From contig CATQHZ020000001.1 in the NCBI GenBank assembly GCA_958296135.2, forward strand, positions 4,768,001 to 4,832,000: a stretch of DNA of 64,000 bases, written 5' to 3'. Shown here piece after piece: positions 38,881-48,046 of the stretch. Made by a program: the position numbers and the translations under genes. Positions within the stretch are counted from its first letter, which is position 1, and each line of letters starts with the position of its first letter. Source of the DNA: an uncultured Poribacteria bacterium. Its GTDB lineage: Bacteria; Poribacteria; WGA-4E; WGA-3G. The notes under the pieces were generated by a model. That model saw only the letters and a program-made list of their open reading frames with translations. It did no database searches and was not told where the DNA came from.

Positions 38881-39339
38881 TCATGCGTCTTGTGACGTGC
38901 CATTGCGTTTCTCGGCAGGGTTGGGTTCAGTGAAGTCTTCGCCGGCGGCTTCCGCTGCCTTCCGACGTGCTTCCCACTCAACCCACTCGCGGTTCGCAAG
39001 CTCTCTGCCGAGGGCCTCGCCGCGCGCCTCGCGCATCCGCTGACGCTTCTCAATCCCCTCGCGGACTAAATTATACAAAATCATGGGAACCTCCACTCCT
39101 AAAAATAAAATCAGAACGGGAATAGTTATCGCCGTCGGAATACACCCCGTGGTATCAACGACAATTGCACGCACCGTCTCATAACCAGCCCAGCCTTTTG
39201 ACAGATGATAGGCAATTGCCATACCACCATAAACCAAGACAAGGACACAAAAGATGAGTAGCGCGATACCTACCCACCCCTGTCGGACACCTAGAAATTG
39301 CACCCGATCTCTCTCTTTCTGCTGTTCATCTTTCTTCAT
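38881..39339 (-). CDS. Two-TM membrane protein with EW..RR..EPNP tail; internal in-frame start at 39084
   Basis: MKKDEQQ..., two hydrophobic helices, internal AGGAGTGGAGGTTCCC-ATG. Confidence 0.78.
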   Translation of the reverse strand: MKKDEQQKERDRVQFLGVRQGWVGIALLIFCVLVLVYGGMAIAYHLSKGWAGYETVRAIVVDTTGCIPTAITIPVLILFLGVEVPMILYNLVREGIEKRQRMREARGEALGRELANREWVEWEARRKAAEAAGEDFTEPNPAEKRNGTSQDA

Positions 39340-39376
39340 GCGCCGCTTCCTTCCCCCCAAATGGAGACACAATTGC

Positions 39377-39405
39377 ATTTTAACACACATCGGCATGGAT
39401 GTCAA
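39377..39405 (-). promoter_or_regulatory. Sigma-70 promoter between ftsA and the inserted cassette
   Basis: TTGACA-17-TAAAAT with extended TG. Confidence 0.8.
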
Positions 39406-39462
39406 GTTTTTTTCAGAATGGGGAGGCGCGCGGTGACAACGCGAAACTCCTGGGCAGCGCGC

Positions 39463-40692
39463 CTAATAGCCGAACCACTCTTTGAATCGCTGCATCAGCG
39501 CACCAAGGCCACTCGGCCGGTGCCGTGAGGACTCTTCAAGTTCCTGAAGGCGGAGCGCGCTACCGTAAAGTACCAGGCCAATACCGGTTGCATACATGGG
39601 ATGATTCACCCGATCGGTCAGCCCCTTCAGTTCCTTCGGGTAGCCTACCTGCACGCGGAGCGGGATAATCTGTTCAGCGAGCTCGGTTAAGCCATCCATT
39701 AGCGATGTACCGCCGGTCAGCATCAACCCGGCGGGGAGTTGCATATCGCCAAGTTCGTAGGCGAGTGCCTCTAAAATTTCTACCATCCGATACTCAATGA
39801 TTTGCGCCAGATCGACTTTATCGATGAACCGCGGCCGATTCGCACCTACCACAGTCGGAATCGGCTCCGAATTCTCCGGGCCAACCAACGCTGTCCATGC
39901 GCAGCCGCGGTGCAGTTTGAGTTCCTCTGCTTCGGGGAGCGTCACCTTTAAATACTGCGCGATATCGTTGGTGACATGCTGCCCGCCCACCGGCAAGACA
40001 GCGGTGTGTTGAATGGCATCCTCTTTGTAAACGATGATTTCGGTGGTGCCGTCCCCGATATCGGCCAGAGCAATCCCTACCTCGCGTTCGTCTTGTGATA
40101 TGACTGCTTCTGTCGATGCCAATGGTGAAGCAACCAGTGTCTCCACATGTGTCAACCCTGCCTTCTCAATGCTGTTCAGCAAGTTCTGTGTTGCCGTTAC
40201 GCCCCCCGTGATGATATAGGCGTAAGCCTCCAGCCGCGCGCCCGACATGCCAACAGGCTCTTTGATGCGATTCTGCGTATCTACGACAAAATTCTGCTCA
40301 ATGACATGCAGAATGTCGCGGCCAGCAGGGATGGAAACGGCGCGCGCGGCCGTCATCGCACGTGCCACATCTGCCTGCGAAATCTCCGGCACACTCGCCA
40401 CGGCGACAACACCGTGCGAGGTTTGCCCAACAAGATGGTCTCCCGAGATGCCGACACACGCGGACTCTATCTTTACGCCTGCCATCAGTTCAGCATCCGA
40501 GATGGCCTTGCGGATAGCTTCCGCCGTTTGAGAGATGTCAACGACACTCCCGCGGCGCACGCCTTCGGAGCGCGCATGGCCAACGCCGATAATCTCAACA
40601 CCTTCCCGCTGCCCCTGCCATGCGTTTCCGACGACGACAGAAATTTTGCTTGAGCCGATATCTAGGCCCGCGATAATACTTTCCTTAGCCAT
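39463..40692 (-). CDS. ftsA: Cell division protein FtsA
   Basis: GLDIGSSKI, EPVGMSG, DIGDGTT, LTGGTS, YATGIGL. Confidence 0.96.
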   Translation of the reverse strand: MAKESIIAGLDIGSSKISVVVGNAWQGQREGVEIIGVGHARSEGVRRGSVVDISQTAEAIRKAISDAELMAGVKIESACVGISGDHLVGQTSHGVVAVASVPEISQADVARAMTAARAVSIPAGRDILHVIEQNFVVDTQNRIKEPVGMSGARLEAYAYIITGGVTATQNLLNSIEKAGLTHVETLVASPLASTEAVISQDEREVGIALADIGDGTTEIIVYKEDAIQHTAVLPVGGQHVTNDIAQYLKVTLPEAEELKLHRGCAWTALVGPENSEPIPTVVGANRPRFIDKVDLAQIIEYRMVEILEALAYELGDMQLPAGLMLTGGTSLMDGLTELAEQIIPLRVQVGYPKELKGLTDRVNHPMYATGIGLVLYGSALRLQELEESSRHRPSGLGALMQRFKEWFGY

Positions 40693-41667
40693 TTACCTAT
40701 TTTCACTCCCCAAATAGATTGCGTCCTCAAACCTTGCATCCAAATAAGTGTGTGTCTCTTGTTCGGTAGGCATCCTCCTTGAGCCATCCGCCTGCGCTCC
40801 ACTGCCGGTGGAAAGCCGGGAGCGCTGTCTCCCCCCGTTCTCCCGGTCTGCCCAGCCCGATTCCCTCTTCAAGAAGAGTTCAATGTAATGAAGTCCCCTC
40901 GCAATCGTGTCTGCTGCAATCCATGCCTGCATGCCGCCGCGCCGCGCTGAAGTCCCCACGATGTGCAGCCGAATCTTCTGTGCATCGCGCGCGTCCACAG
41001 CCTCCAACCGCTTCGCAAACGTCCACCCTCCCCGCAGCACCGCCTCCAAAACGTGGAGCCCCAACACCACCGCCGGCGTTTGCACTACCGTTCCAACGGC
41101 TGGAAATGCATCACCTTCTGCCTGGAGCATCACCGCATCAAAGGAGGAGCGCTCATCCAAAATAGATTCTAACACATACCCCTCTCTATCTAATAGAAAA
41201 AATTGTGTGTCAACACGATTCTGGCGCGGCGCAGTGAATTGGAGCCGCGCGAACGGCTCGCGTTCTGTCACCTCAATGGACAGCACTCGTTTCATCAAAC
41301 GTTTCGATATCCGCGCGTCTTTGATGTAACTCAGGTTCTCCTTCAGATACCGCGCAGCCTGCTCCTCCGACTCGGTGACGATATTGTCCAGATTCGCGCC
41401 TAAGACATCGTAAATCGCGCGCTCGGTATAGTGAACGTTGCCCGAGACTTCCAGTGTGACATGCTCAACGCGAAAAAAGTCGAGCAGCGTTTTCCCCACG
41501 AACGCCAACGTTACAACCAACGCGATGAAAAAGATGAGCCGCCGCCACGCGTAAACCTTCGTGCTACGGTGCGGGGTGCCCAACTGCCGCGCAGCCGGTG
41601 AGAGGGCACTCACCGGCACTCGACGAGAATTTCTCTGAGGTTGAGAGGATGGCTTCATCTTTTTCAT
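40693..41667 (-). CDS. ftsQ: Divergent FtsQ/DivIB-type protein
   Basis: Single TM, POTRA-like VSGN...IEVTEREP, C-terminal YLDARF; lies between murC and ftsA. Confidence 0.8.
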   Translation of the reverse strand: MKKMKPSSQPQRNSRRVPVSALSPAARQLGTPHRSTKVYAWRRLIFFIALVVTLAFVGKTLLDFFRVEHVTLEVSGNVHYTERAIYDVLGANLDNIVTESEEQAARYLKENLSYIKDARISKRLMKRVLSIEVTEREPFARLQFTAPRQNRVDTQFFLLDREGYVLESILDERSSFDAVMLQAEGDAFPAVGTVVQTPAVVLGLHVLEAVLRGGWTFAKRLEAVDARDAQKIRLHIVGTSARRGGMQAWIAADTIARGLHYIELFLKRESGWADRENGGRQRSRLSTGSGAQADGSRRMPTEQETHTYLDARFEDAIYLGSENR

Positions 41668-41677
41668 CGCTCGCGTC

Positions 41678-43102
41678 TCATCTCGTCTGTCTGCGCGCCA
41701 AGAATTCATGCCCAACTTTATTGATGTCGCCCGCACCCAGCGTCATCACCATATCGCCCGGACGGGTGACTTCCATGAGGCAATCCGTAACGTCACCCAT
41801 CTCGGGAACGTAGATGACGTGCCGATGCCCGTGCACCCGAATCGCCGCCGCCAGCTTCTCGCCTGTCACGTTCTCTATCTCTGCCTCACCCGCGCCGTAG
41901 ATGGAAGTAACGATAAGCACATCTGCTTGATAGAAAGAGCGGCAGAATTCGTCAGCCAGATCTCGCACCCGCTGATGGCGATGCGGTTGAAAGACACCAA
42001 CGATACGGCGTTTGTAACCCTCGCGCGCACCGTTCAACGCAGCTTTCAACTTCGCCGGATTGTGCGCGTAATCGTCCACAACGACAATGTCATCAGCTTC
42101 ACCGAGCACCTCAAACCGGCGATGCACACCTTGGAACGATGCCAGACTCTCCCGAATCTGCTCAAACGGGATGTCTAATTCAAGGCCAACAGCGATAGCC
42201 GCTAACGAATTCGCGATGTTATGACGGCCCGGCATTTTGAGATGAACCTCGCCGAGTATCTCGCCCGAGACCGAAGAACGAGCGGGGCAGCCCTGCGCGC
42301 TACGGAGGAGACGCGCGACATCGTGCGAGGCGCGAACGCGATAACGAGACGTAGGGCCCTCCACGCGAATCGCCTCCGCCACCAAATCCGCACGCGTTTC
42401 AAGCCCATAAGTCACATACCGCTTCTCCACCCGCGGGATGAACTTCTGAACGTTCTCACTATCCAGACACAGCACCGCCGTGCCATAGAAAGGCACTTTG
42501 TTAATGAATTTGAGGAACGTCTCGCCTATCTCATCAACGCTCTTGTAATAGTCAAGATGGTCTGCATCAACCGAGGTGACTACGGCAACCGTCGGATAGA
42601 ACATCTCAATTGAACCATACGCTTCATCCGCCTCAACTACCATCACCTCGCCATCGCCGCTGTGTGCATGACTGCCGTTGACGAGCTTCCCACCGACGAC
42701 TACCGTCGGATCGAGGCTTCGCAGCACCGCCGCTGTCATCGCCGTTGTGGTAGTCTTGCCGTGCGTGCCGCTGACAGCGACACTGTAGCGCATCCGCGTA
42801 ATCTCGTTGAGCATCTCCGCGCCCCGGACAATAGGGATTTTCTGTGTCCTCGCGGCGAGCAGCTCCGGGTTATCCAGCGGAATCGCGGGCGATTTGACGA
42901 CGACATCTGCGCCGTTGAGGTTCGCCGCGGCGTGCCCATAGTGGACAGTCGCACCGCGCGCGCGCAACTGCTCTGTCGTCTCTGAGCGTCGGATATCAGA
43001 ACCGGTGACGTTAAAACCCAAGTCGAGGAGGATTTCCGTAATCCCACTTAACCCAGCACCGCCGATACCGATAACATGGATGTGTTGTGTCTTTCCAAAC
43101 AT
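41678..43102 (-). CDS. murC: UDP-N-acetylmuramate--L-alanine ligase
   Basis: GIGGAG, GTHGKTTT, EADE, DDYAH, FQPHR. Confidence 0.96.
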   Translation of the reverse strand: MFGKTQHIHVIGIGGAGLSGITEILLDLGFNVTGSDIRRSETTEQLRARGATVHYGHAAANLNGADVVVKSPAIPLDNPELLAARTQKIPIVRGAEMLNEITRMRYSVAVSGTHGKTTTTAMTAAVLRSLDPTVVVGGKLVNGSHAHSGDGEVMVVEADEAYGSIEMFYPTVAVVTSVDADHLDYYKSVDEIGETFLKFINKVPFYGTAVLCLDSENVQKFIPRVEKRYVTYGLETRADLVAEAIRVEGPTSRYRVRASHDVARLLRSAQGCPARSSVSGEILGEVHLKMPGRHNIANSLAAIAVGLELDIPFEQIRESLASFQGVHRRFEVLGEADDIVVVDDYAHNPAKLKAALNGAREGYKRRIVGVFQPHRHQRVRDLADEFCRSFYQADVLIVTSIYGAGEAEIENVTGEKLAAAIRVHGHRHVIYVPEMGDVTDCLMEVTRPGDMVMTLGAGDINKVGHEFLARRQTR

Positions 43103-43125
43103 TTTATATGTTGCCCTTTCTCATA

Positions 43126-44256
43126 TTAAGTTGAATCGGGTGATTGCCGCGGCCGGGCCGGTAATGAAAGAATAGCCTTCGCAATCTCATCACTTGCATT
43201 CGGGCTGCCGATAGCGCGGCTCGCCGTTACCATCTGCTGATGCACCTGCTCATCCATCGTGATGCGGGTGAGGTGTTTCACCAGTTCATCAATAGTAAAC
43301 GCGCCTTGTTCCAACACGATGGCTGCGCCTGCATCGGCGACAGTGCGCGCGTTCAACACCTGATTATTGCCGGTTTGCGCGGGCAGCGGGATAAAAATCG
43401 CCGGGATACCGCACGCTGTCACTTCCGAGACTGTCATGCCGCCGGCGCGGCACACCATCACATCGGCGATGCTGTAAACTTCTTCTACGGTGTCAAAGAA
43501 AGGTTGGACGCAGTGGCTAAGGGCTGCTGCCTCATAAGCCGCCATGACTGCCGCAGCGTCTGCCTCCCCGGTCTGATGCACGACTTGGATGTGCGCGCGC
43601 AGTTGCGTTAACAGCGGTAGCGCGTCCATCAGTGCCGCGTTAATTGCGTGCGCGCCTTGACTGCCGCCCATGACAAACACCGTTTTCCGTCCTGAACGCA
43701 AGCCGTATTTTTGATAGGTGGCTTCCGAGCGTTCATAAGCGGTAATTGCAGGACGAATCGGGTTGCCCGTTACCTTCACAATGTCTGCCGGGAACTTGGC
43801 AGCCGCCGGTGCCAATGCGAGATAGGCGGCTTTCGCCCAGCGCGCCAAAATCCCGTTCGTCAAGCCGACAGAAGCGTTCTGTTCCTGTATCACAATCGGA
43901 ATGTTGCGCAGCACGCTGGCGAAAAGCACGGGCCCCGACACATAACCGCCCGTGCCAACCACGACATCCGGGTTCAGTTTCTTGATGTGGCGCAGCGAGT
44001 GGAGCACCCCCCGAAACGCTTTCCAAAGCACCAGCCCCCACTGCAAGGTGAGTCTGCGCGGAAACCCCGCCACCGTAATCGGCAGGAAAGAAAACCCGTG
44101 CTGTGGCACAAGTTTCGCCTCCAGCCGGTTTTCACCGCCGATGAAGATAATGTCGATACCCGGGTCCAAGCGTTTCAGGGCTTGGGCGATACCAATGGCG
44201 GGATAGATATGTCCGCCGGTGCCGCCGCCAGAGATAACGATGCTTCTTTTCTTCAT
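43126..44256 (-). CDS. murG: Lipid II GlcNAc transferase MurG
   Basis: GGGTGGHIYP, GGYVS, EQN, GNPIR, GGSQGA. Confidence 0.96.
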   Translation of the reverse strand: MKKRSIVISGGGTGGHIYPAIGIAQALKRLDPGIDIIFIGGENRLEAKLVPQHGFSFLPITVAGFPRRLTLQWGLVLWKAFRGVLHSLRHIKKLNPDVVVGTGGYVSGPVLFASVLRNIPIVIQEQNASVGLTNGILARWAKAAYLALAPAAAKFPADIVKVTGNPIRPAITAYERSEATYQKYGLRSGRKTVFVMGGSQGAHAINAALMDALPLLTQLRAHIQVVHQTGEADAAAVMAAYEAAALSHCVQPFFDTVEEVYSIADVMVCRAGGMTVSEVTACGIPAIFIPLPAQTGNNQVLNARTVADAGAAIVLEQGAFTIDELVKHLTRITMDEQVHQQMVTASRAIGSPNASDEIAKAILSLPARPRQSPDST

Positions 44257-44263
44257 AGTTTCC

Positions 44264-45568
44264 TCACCTGAAGGCATTTGTGGCTGGCTCGCGATGCACG
44301 CGGGAGACATTCAACAGGATGCCCACACTGACGAGACTCAGCACAATCGATGAACCGCCGTAGCTGATAAACGGCAACGTAATCCCTTTCGTCGGTAAGA
44401 GCCCGGTGACAACGCCGATATTGATGAACGCCTGCAAGCCGATGAGGGTTGTCATGCCGATGGCTAGCAGGCCGCCAAACCTATCATCGGCGTGGCGCGC
44501 GATGTGCAACCCACGCCAGATAAATAGCATGAAAAGGAGCGCGATACTCGCCGTGCCGAGGAACCCGAATTCTTCGCCTAATACCGAAAAGATGAAATCG
44601 GTGTGTGGGTAGGGCAGCTTGACAATCTTGAGCGCGCTGTTATCAATGCCAACACCGAGGAGGCCGCCTGAGCTGAGCGCGTCAAGCGAATGCGCTAGTT
44701 GATAGTTCGCCGCATCCGGCGATTTCCACAATGCGATGTAATCGATAAACCGCTGCAACCGGTACGGGTCGCGAATAATCAGCACAGCGAGCATTGCGGC
44801 TCCTGCGCCGGCAAGCATCAGCGTATGCGCGATACGGATACCGCCCACAAAGAGCACGATGCACACCGTCGCCGCGAGCAGCAACGCCGAACCAAAGTCC
44901 GGCTGCGCCGCTACCAGCCCGAACGCCGCACCTAAAACCAGCATATTCGGCACAATGCCGTTAAAGAAACTTTTCACTTTCTCCGGGTTCCGGCTCAGGA
45001 ACGTAGCAACATGGATGACGAGCGCAATTTTGGCGAATTCAACGGGTTGAAAGTTCACCGGCAGCGGGCCAAGCCGAATCCATCGGTTAAACCTGCCGCC
45101 TTCTGCGCCTTGCACGCTGGAACTCAACTGCGGCACGAAGACTAAGGCCAAGCCGATAAACGCGCAGACCAGAATCTTCGTCGCATGCCGCGCATAAAAG
45201 CGGTAGGGGATATAGGAGACAACGGACATGCCGACTAACCCAACAACGCAAGCGATAACGTGTATCTGCAGATACCGATAACTGTAGCCATCATAGAGAC
45301 GTGAGGAGAGGAGGTGGCTTGCGCTATACACCATCAAAATCCCGCCCGCAAGGAGAAGGCATGTCAGCGCACTCAGCCCCTTGTCCATTTTCTCGATGCC
45401 GCCCGGATGCTGCGTTCGCGCCGAATCGGCATTTGTCTCCCTGTCTGCACCTATCTCCCGTTTACGGGAGAGTAAAATGCCTTTGGAAGATTCAGGTGTC
45501 CGAAAGGAGAAAGACGGCGCGCGGAAACCTGCGTGTGGAGTCACTTGTCGCTTACGAAGGAATGTCAT
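44264..45568 (-). CDS. ftsW: Peptidoglycan polymerase FtsW
   Basis: RWI..G, FQPVEFAK, QPDFGS, HTDFIF, LPFISYGGSS. Start uncertain. Confidence 0.94.
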   Translation of the reverse strand: MTFLRKRQVTPHAGFRAPSFSFRTPESSKGILLSRKREIGADRETNADSARTQHPGGIEKMDKGLSALTCLLLAGGILMVYSASHLLSSRLYDGYSYRYLQIHVIACVVGLVGMSVVSYIPYRFYARHATKILVCAFIGLALVFVPQLSSSVQGAEGGRFNRWIRLGPLPVNFQPVEFAKIALVIHVATFLSRNPEKVKSFFNGIVPNMLVLGAAFGLVAAQPDFGSALLLAATVCIVLFVGGIRIAHTLMLAGAGAAMLAVLIIRDPYRLQRFIDYIALWKSPDAANYQLAHSLDALSSGGLLGVGIDNSALKIVKLPYPHTDFIFSVLGEEFGFLGTASIALLFMLFIWRGLHIARHADDRFGGLLAIGMTTLIGLQAFINIGVVTGLLPTKGITLPFISYGGSSIVLSLVSVGILLNVSRVHREPATNAFR

Positions 45569-46922
45569 GGACTGCCTCTCTGAACGCGTCGCCGCGCGCT
45601 TTATAGTCAGCATACCTATCAAAACTGGCATTCGCCGGTGAAAGTAACACCACATCGCCCGGTGCAGCGTGTGTGTACCCTATCTGCACCGCTTCCGCCA
45701 TCGTCGCCGCGTGAAATATCTCTGTCACCCCAGTGAAACTCGCTTCAAGGCGTTCCACATGGCTGCCCAACAGTATCGCGCCTTTCACCTGCCGCCGAAC
45801 GAGGGCCGTCAGCGGCGTATAGTCGTTGCCTTTATCAACGCCGCCCATAATGAGCCAAACGTTTTTTGTCTCGGCCGAGAGAGGGCGAGGGACAGGCACG
45901 CACCCTACCGAACAAGGACGAAGGGATGCAAGGGCCGCTTTAACCGCCGCCACATTCGTCGCCTTCGAGTCATTGATGAATTGAACCCCGTTGACTGTCT
46001 TCACCAGCTCAAACGCATGCGCGAACGCCGGGTGTCCCCGGTCGAAGTTTTCAAGCGCACGCCGAACCTGTTCAGGCGTTACGCCGAAAATCTTCGCCAC
46101 GCTCAGCGCCGCGAGGGCGTTCTGCACGTTATGCACACCCGGCAGCGGAAACCCAGACGCAGCCCAACTTTCAGGCGGTTCACTGTCTGTCCAATAGATA
46201 GCCTGTGCCGCCGTGCAGGCTGCAAAACGCGCACTGTCATCGTGCCGATTCAACACTATCCAATCCGCCGCGGTCTGGTTCGTGCAGACCAGCTGTTTCG
46301 CCGCGGCATAAGCTGCCATCGTGCCGTGCCTATCCAAATGGTCTGGGGAAATATTGAGGATAACGCTCACCTTCGGATGAAACGTAAGCGTGCTCTCCAA
46401 CTGAAAACTGCTCGCCTCTAGCACAACAATATCGCGGCGTGTTAGGCACTGCACCTCCGCTGCAAGCGGGATACCGATATTCCCTGCAACACAGACCTTC
46501 TCAAACAGGCCGCCCGCTTCAAGGAGCGCGGCCGTCAAAAGCGTCGTCGTCGACTTGCCTTTTGTCCCCGTAATCGCCACGATGGGCGCAGGACAGACGC
46601 GGGACGAGACTTCTAACTCGCCCCAAATCGGGATGTCCCTGGCGCGAGCCTCGCACAAAATGGGGATATCCAGCGGCACACCGGGCGAGACAACTATCAA
46701 CTCAGCGTTCGCGATGCACGCCGCAGGATGCCCGCCGAGATACAACCGCCCGTTCGGGGCAAACCCTTGAAAGCGCGCAATCTCCGCGGATAACGCAACC
46801 GCCGGGCGCGTATCCGTCACTGCCACTGACGCGCCAAGTGAGACAAGCAATTCTGCGACAGCGAGCCCACTGCGGTTTAATCCAAAGACTGTTATCTGTT
46901 TCCCTGAAAATAGACTTGGCAT
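45552..46922 (-). CDS. murD: UDP-MurNAc-L-Ala--D-glutamate ligase
   Basis: VSPGVP, GTKGKSTT, EASSFQL, DHLDRH, NDSKATN, LLSPA.ASFD. Confidence 0.95.
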   Translation of the reverse strand: MPSLFSGKQITVFGLNRSGLAVAELLVSLGASVAVTDTRPAVALSAEIARFQGFAPNGRLYLGGHPAACIANAELIVVSPGVPLDIPILCEARARDIPIWGELEVSSRVCPAPIVAITGTKGKSTTTLLTAALLEAGGLFEKVCVAGNIGIPLAAEVQCLTRRDIVVLEASSFQLESTLTFHPKVSVILNISPDHLDRHGTMAAYAAAKQLVCTNQTAADWIVLNRHDDSARFAACTAAQAIYWTDSEPPESWAASGFPLPGVHNVQNALAALSVAKIFGVTPEQVRRALENFDRGHPAFAHAFELVKTVNGVQFINDSKATNVAAVKAALASLRPCSVGCVPVPRPLSAETKNVWLIMGGVDKGNDYTPLTALVRRQVKGAILLGSHVERLEASFTGVTEIFHAATMAEAVQIGYTHAAPGDVVLLSPANASFDRYADYKARGDAFREAVHDIPS

Positions 46923-46925
46923 CGC

Positions 46926-48041
46926 TTACCGGACCTTCAGCGTGCTTAACGCTATCAACACCAAAATTAACCCCATAATCCAAAAACGGATAACCACTTT
47001 CGATTCCTTCCATCCAGACAGCAGAAAGTGGTAGTGGATAGGCGACATCTTGAAAACCCGCTTCCCTAACGTGCGGAAGGACCAGACTTGGATGATAACC
47101 GATAGTGCCTCTACGACAAAAATCGCACCGACAATCACCAGCAAAAATTCCTGTTTGATAAGCAATGCGACAGTGCCAAGCGTCGCCCCTAGCGTGAGCG
47201 AACCGGTATCGCCCATAAACACTTGCGCCGGATGCGAGTTATACCACAAAAACCCTAACCCCGCTCCGACTAACGCTGCGCAAAAAATCGCTGTCACCTC
47301 GCCGCTCACGGGGAGATGAAAAATGTTGAGATACGCCGCAATCTGGTGATGGCTTGTCATGTAGCCCAACACCCCTAAAGTGCCGGCAACAAACAGCGTG
47401 CATCCGATTGCCAATCCATCCATGCCATCCGTCAGGTTTACGGCATTTGACGTGCCGACGATGACAAGCGTTGCAAACGGAATAAACAAAATCCCCAGCT
47501 CTGGCTGCACCGCTTTGAAAAACGGAAAACTTAGCGCGGTGCGCGTCGTAACATCATCGCCCGCGACCGGCCCCCAGCCATAGAGATAGACAGCGATTGC
47601 CACTGCCCCCAACGTCTGCAGCCCTATCTTGTGCCAGCCGCGGAGCCCTAAGGATTGCTGTTTGACGAGTTTGCTGTAATCGTCTAGGAAGCCGAGCCCG
47701 CCGAACCACAGCGTCGTCAAAATCATCATGAAAATGTAAGGCTGGTCCCACCGACTCCAGAAAAGGACAGATACCAGCACCGAGACGATGATGAGGATGC
47801 CGCCCATTGTCGGCGTGCCTGCCTTGTCCTCCCACTCGGTGGATTTCGCCTTCGGGCCGTCTTCAAGGATATGTTCACCGATGCGGAGTTGCTTCAGCCG
47901 CCGTATCATGAACGGCCCTAACACCAGTGAGATGATGAGTGCCGTCGCTGTCGCGTAAATGGCCCGAAAACTGATATAGCGGAAAATGTTGAACGGCGAA
48001 AACGCCTCCACCAGATTTGCATAAAACAGATGATAGAACAT
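46926..48041 (-). CDS. mraY: Phospho-MurNAc-pentapeptide transferase
   Basis: KAGTPTMGG, DDY, NAVNLTDGMDG, VFMGDTGS. Confidence 0.97.
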   Translation of the reverse strand: MFYHLFYANLVEAFSPFNIFRYISFRAIYATATALIISLVLGPFMIRRLKQLRIGEHILEDGPKAKSTEWEDKAGTPTMGGILIIVSVLVSVLFWSRWDQPYIFMMILTTLWFGGLGFLDDYSKLVKQQSLGLRGWHKIGLQTLGAVAIAVYLYGWGPVAGDDVTTRTALSFPFFKAVQPELGILFIPFATLVIVGTSNAVNLTDGMDGLAIGCTLFVAGTLGVLGYMTSHHQIAAYLNIFHLPVSGEVTAIFCAALVGAGLGFLWYNSHPAQVFMGDTGSLTLGATLGTVALLIKQEFLLVIVGAIFVVEALSVIIQVWSFRTLGKRVFKMSPIHYHFLLSGWKESKVVIRFWIMGLILVLIALSTLKVR

Positions 48042-48046
48042 TTTTC

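Noticed and set aside
29670-39339. Diversity-generating retroelement explaining the near-identical gene copies
   Set aside because: There is no reverse transcriptase in the window, and the differences between copies are not adenine-specific.
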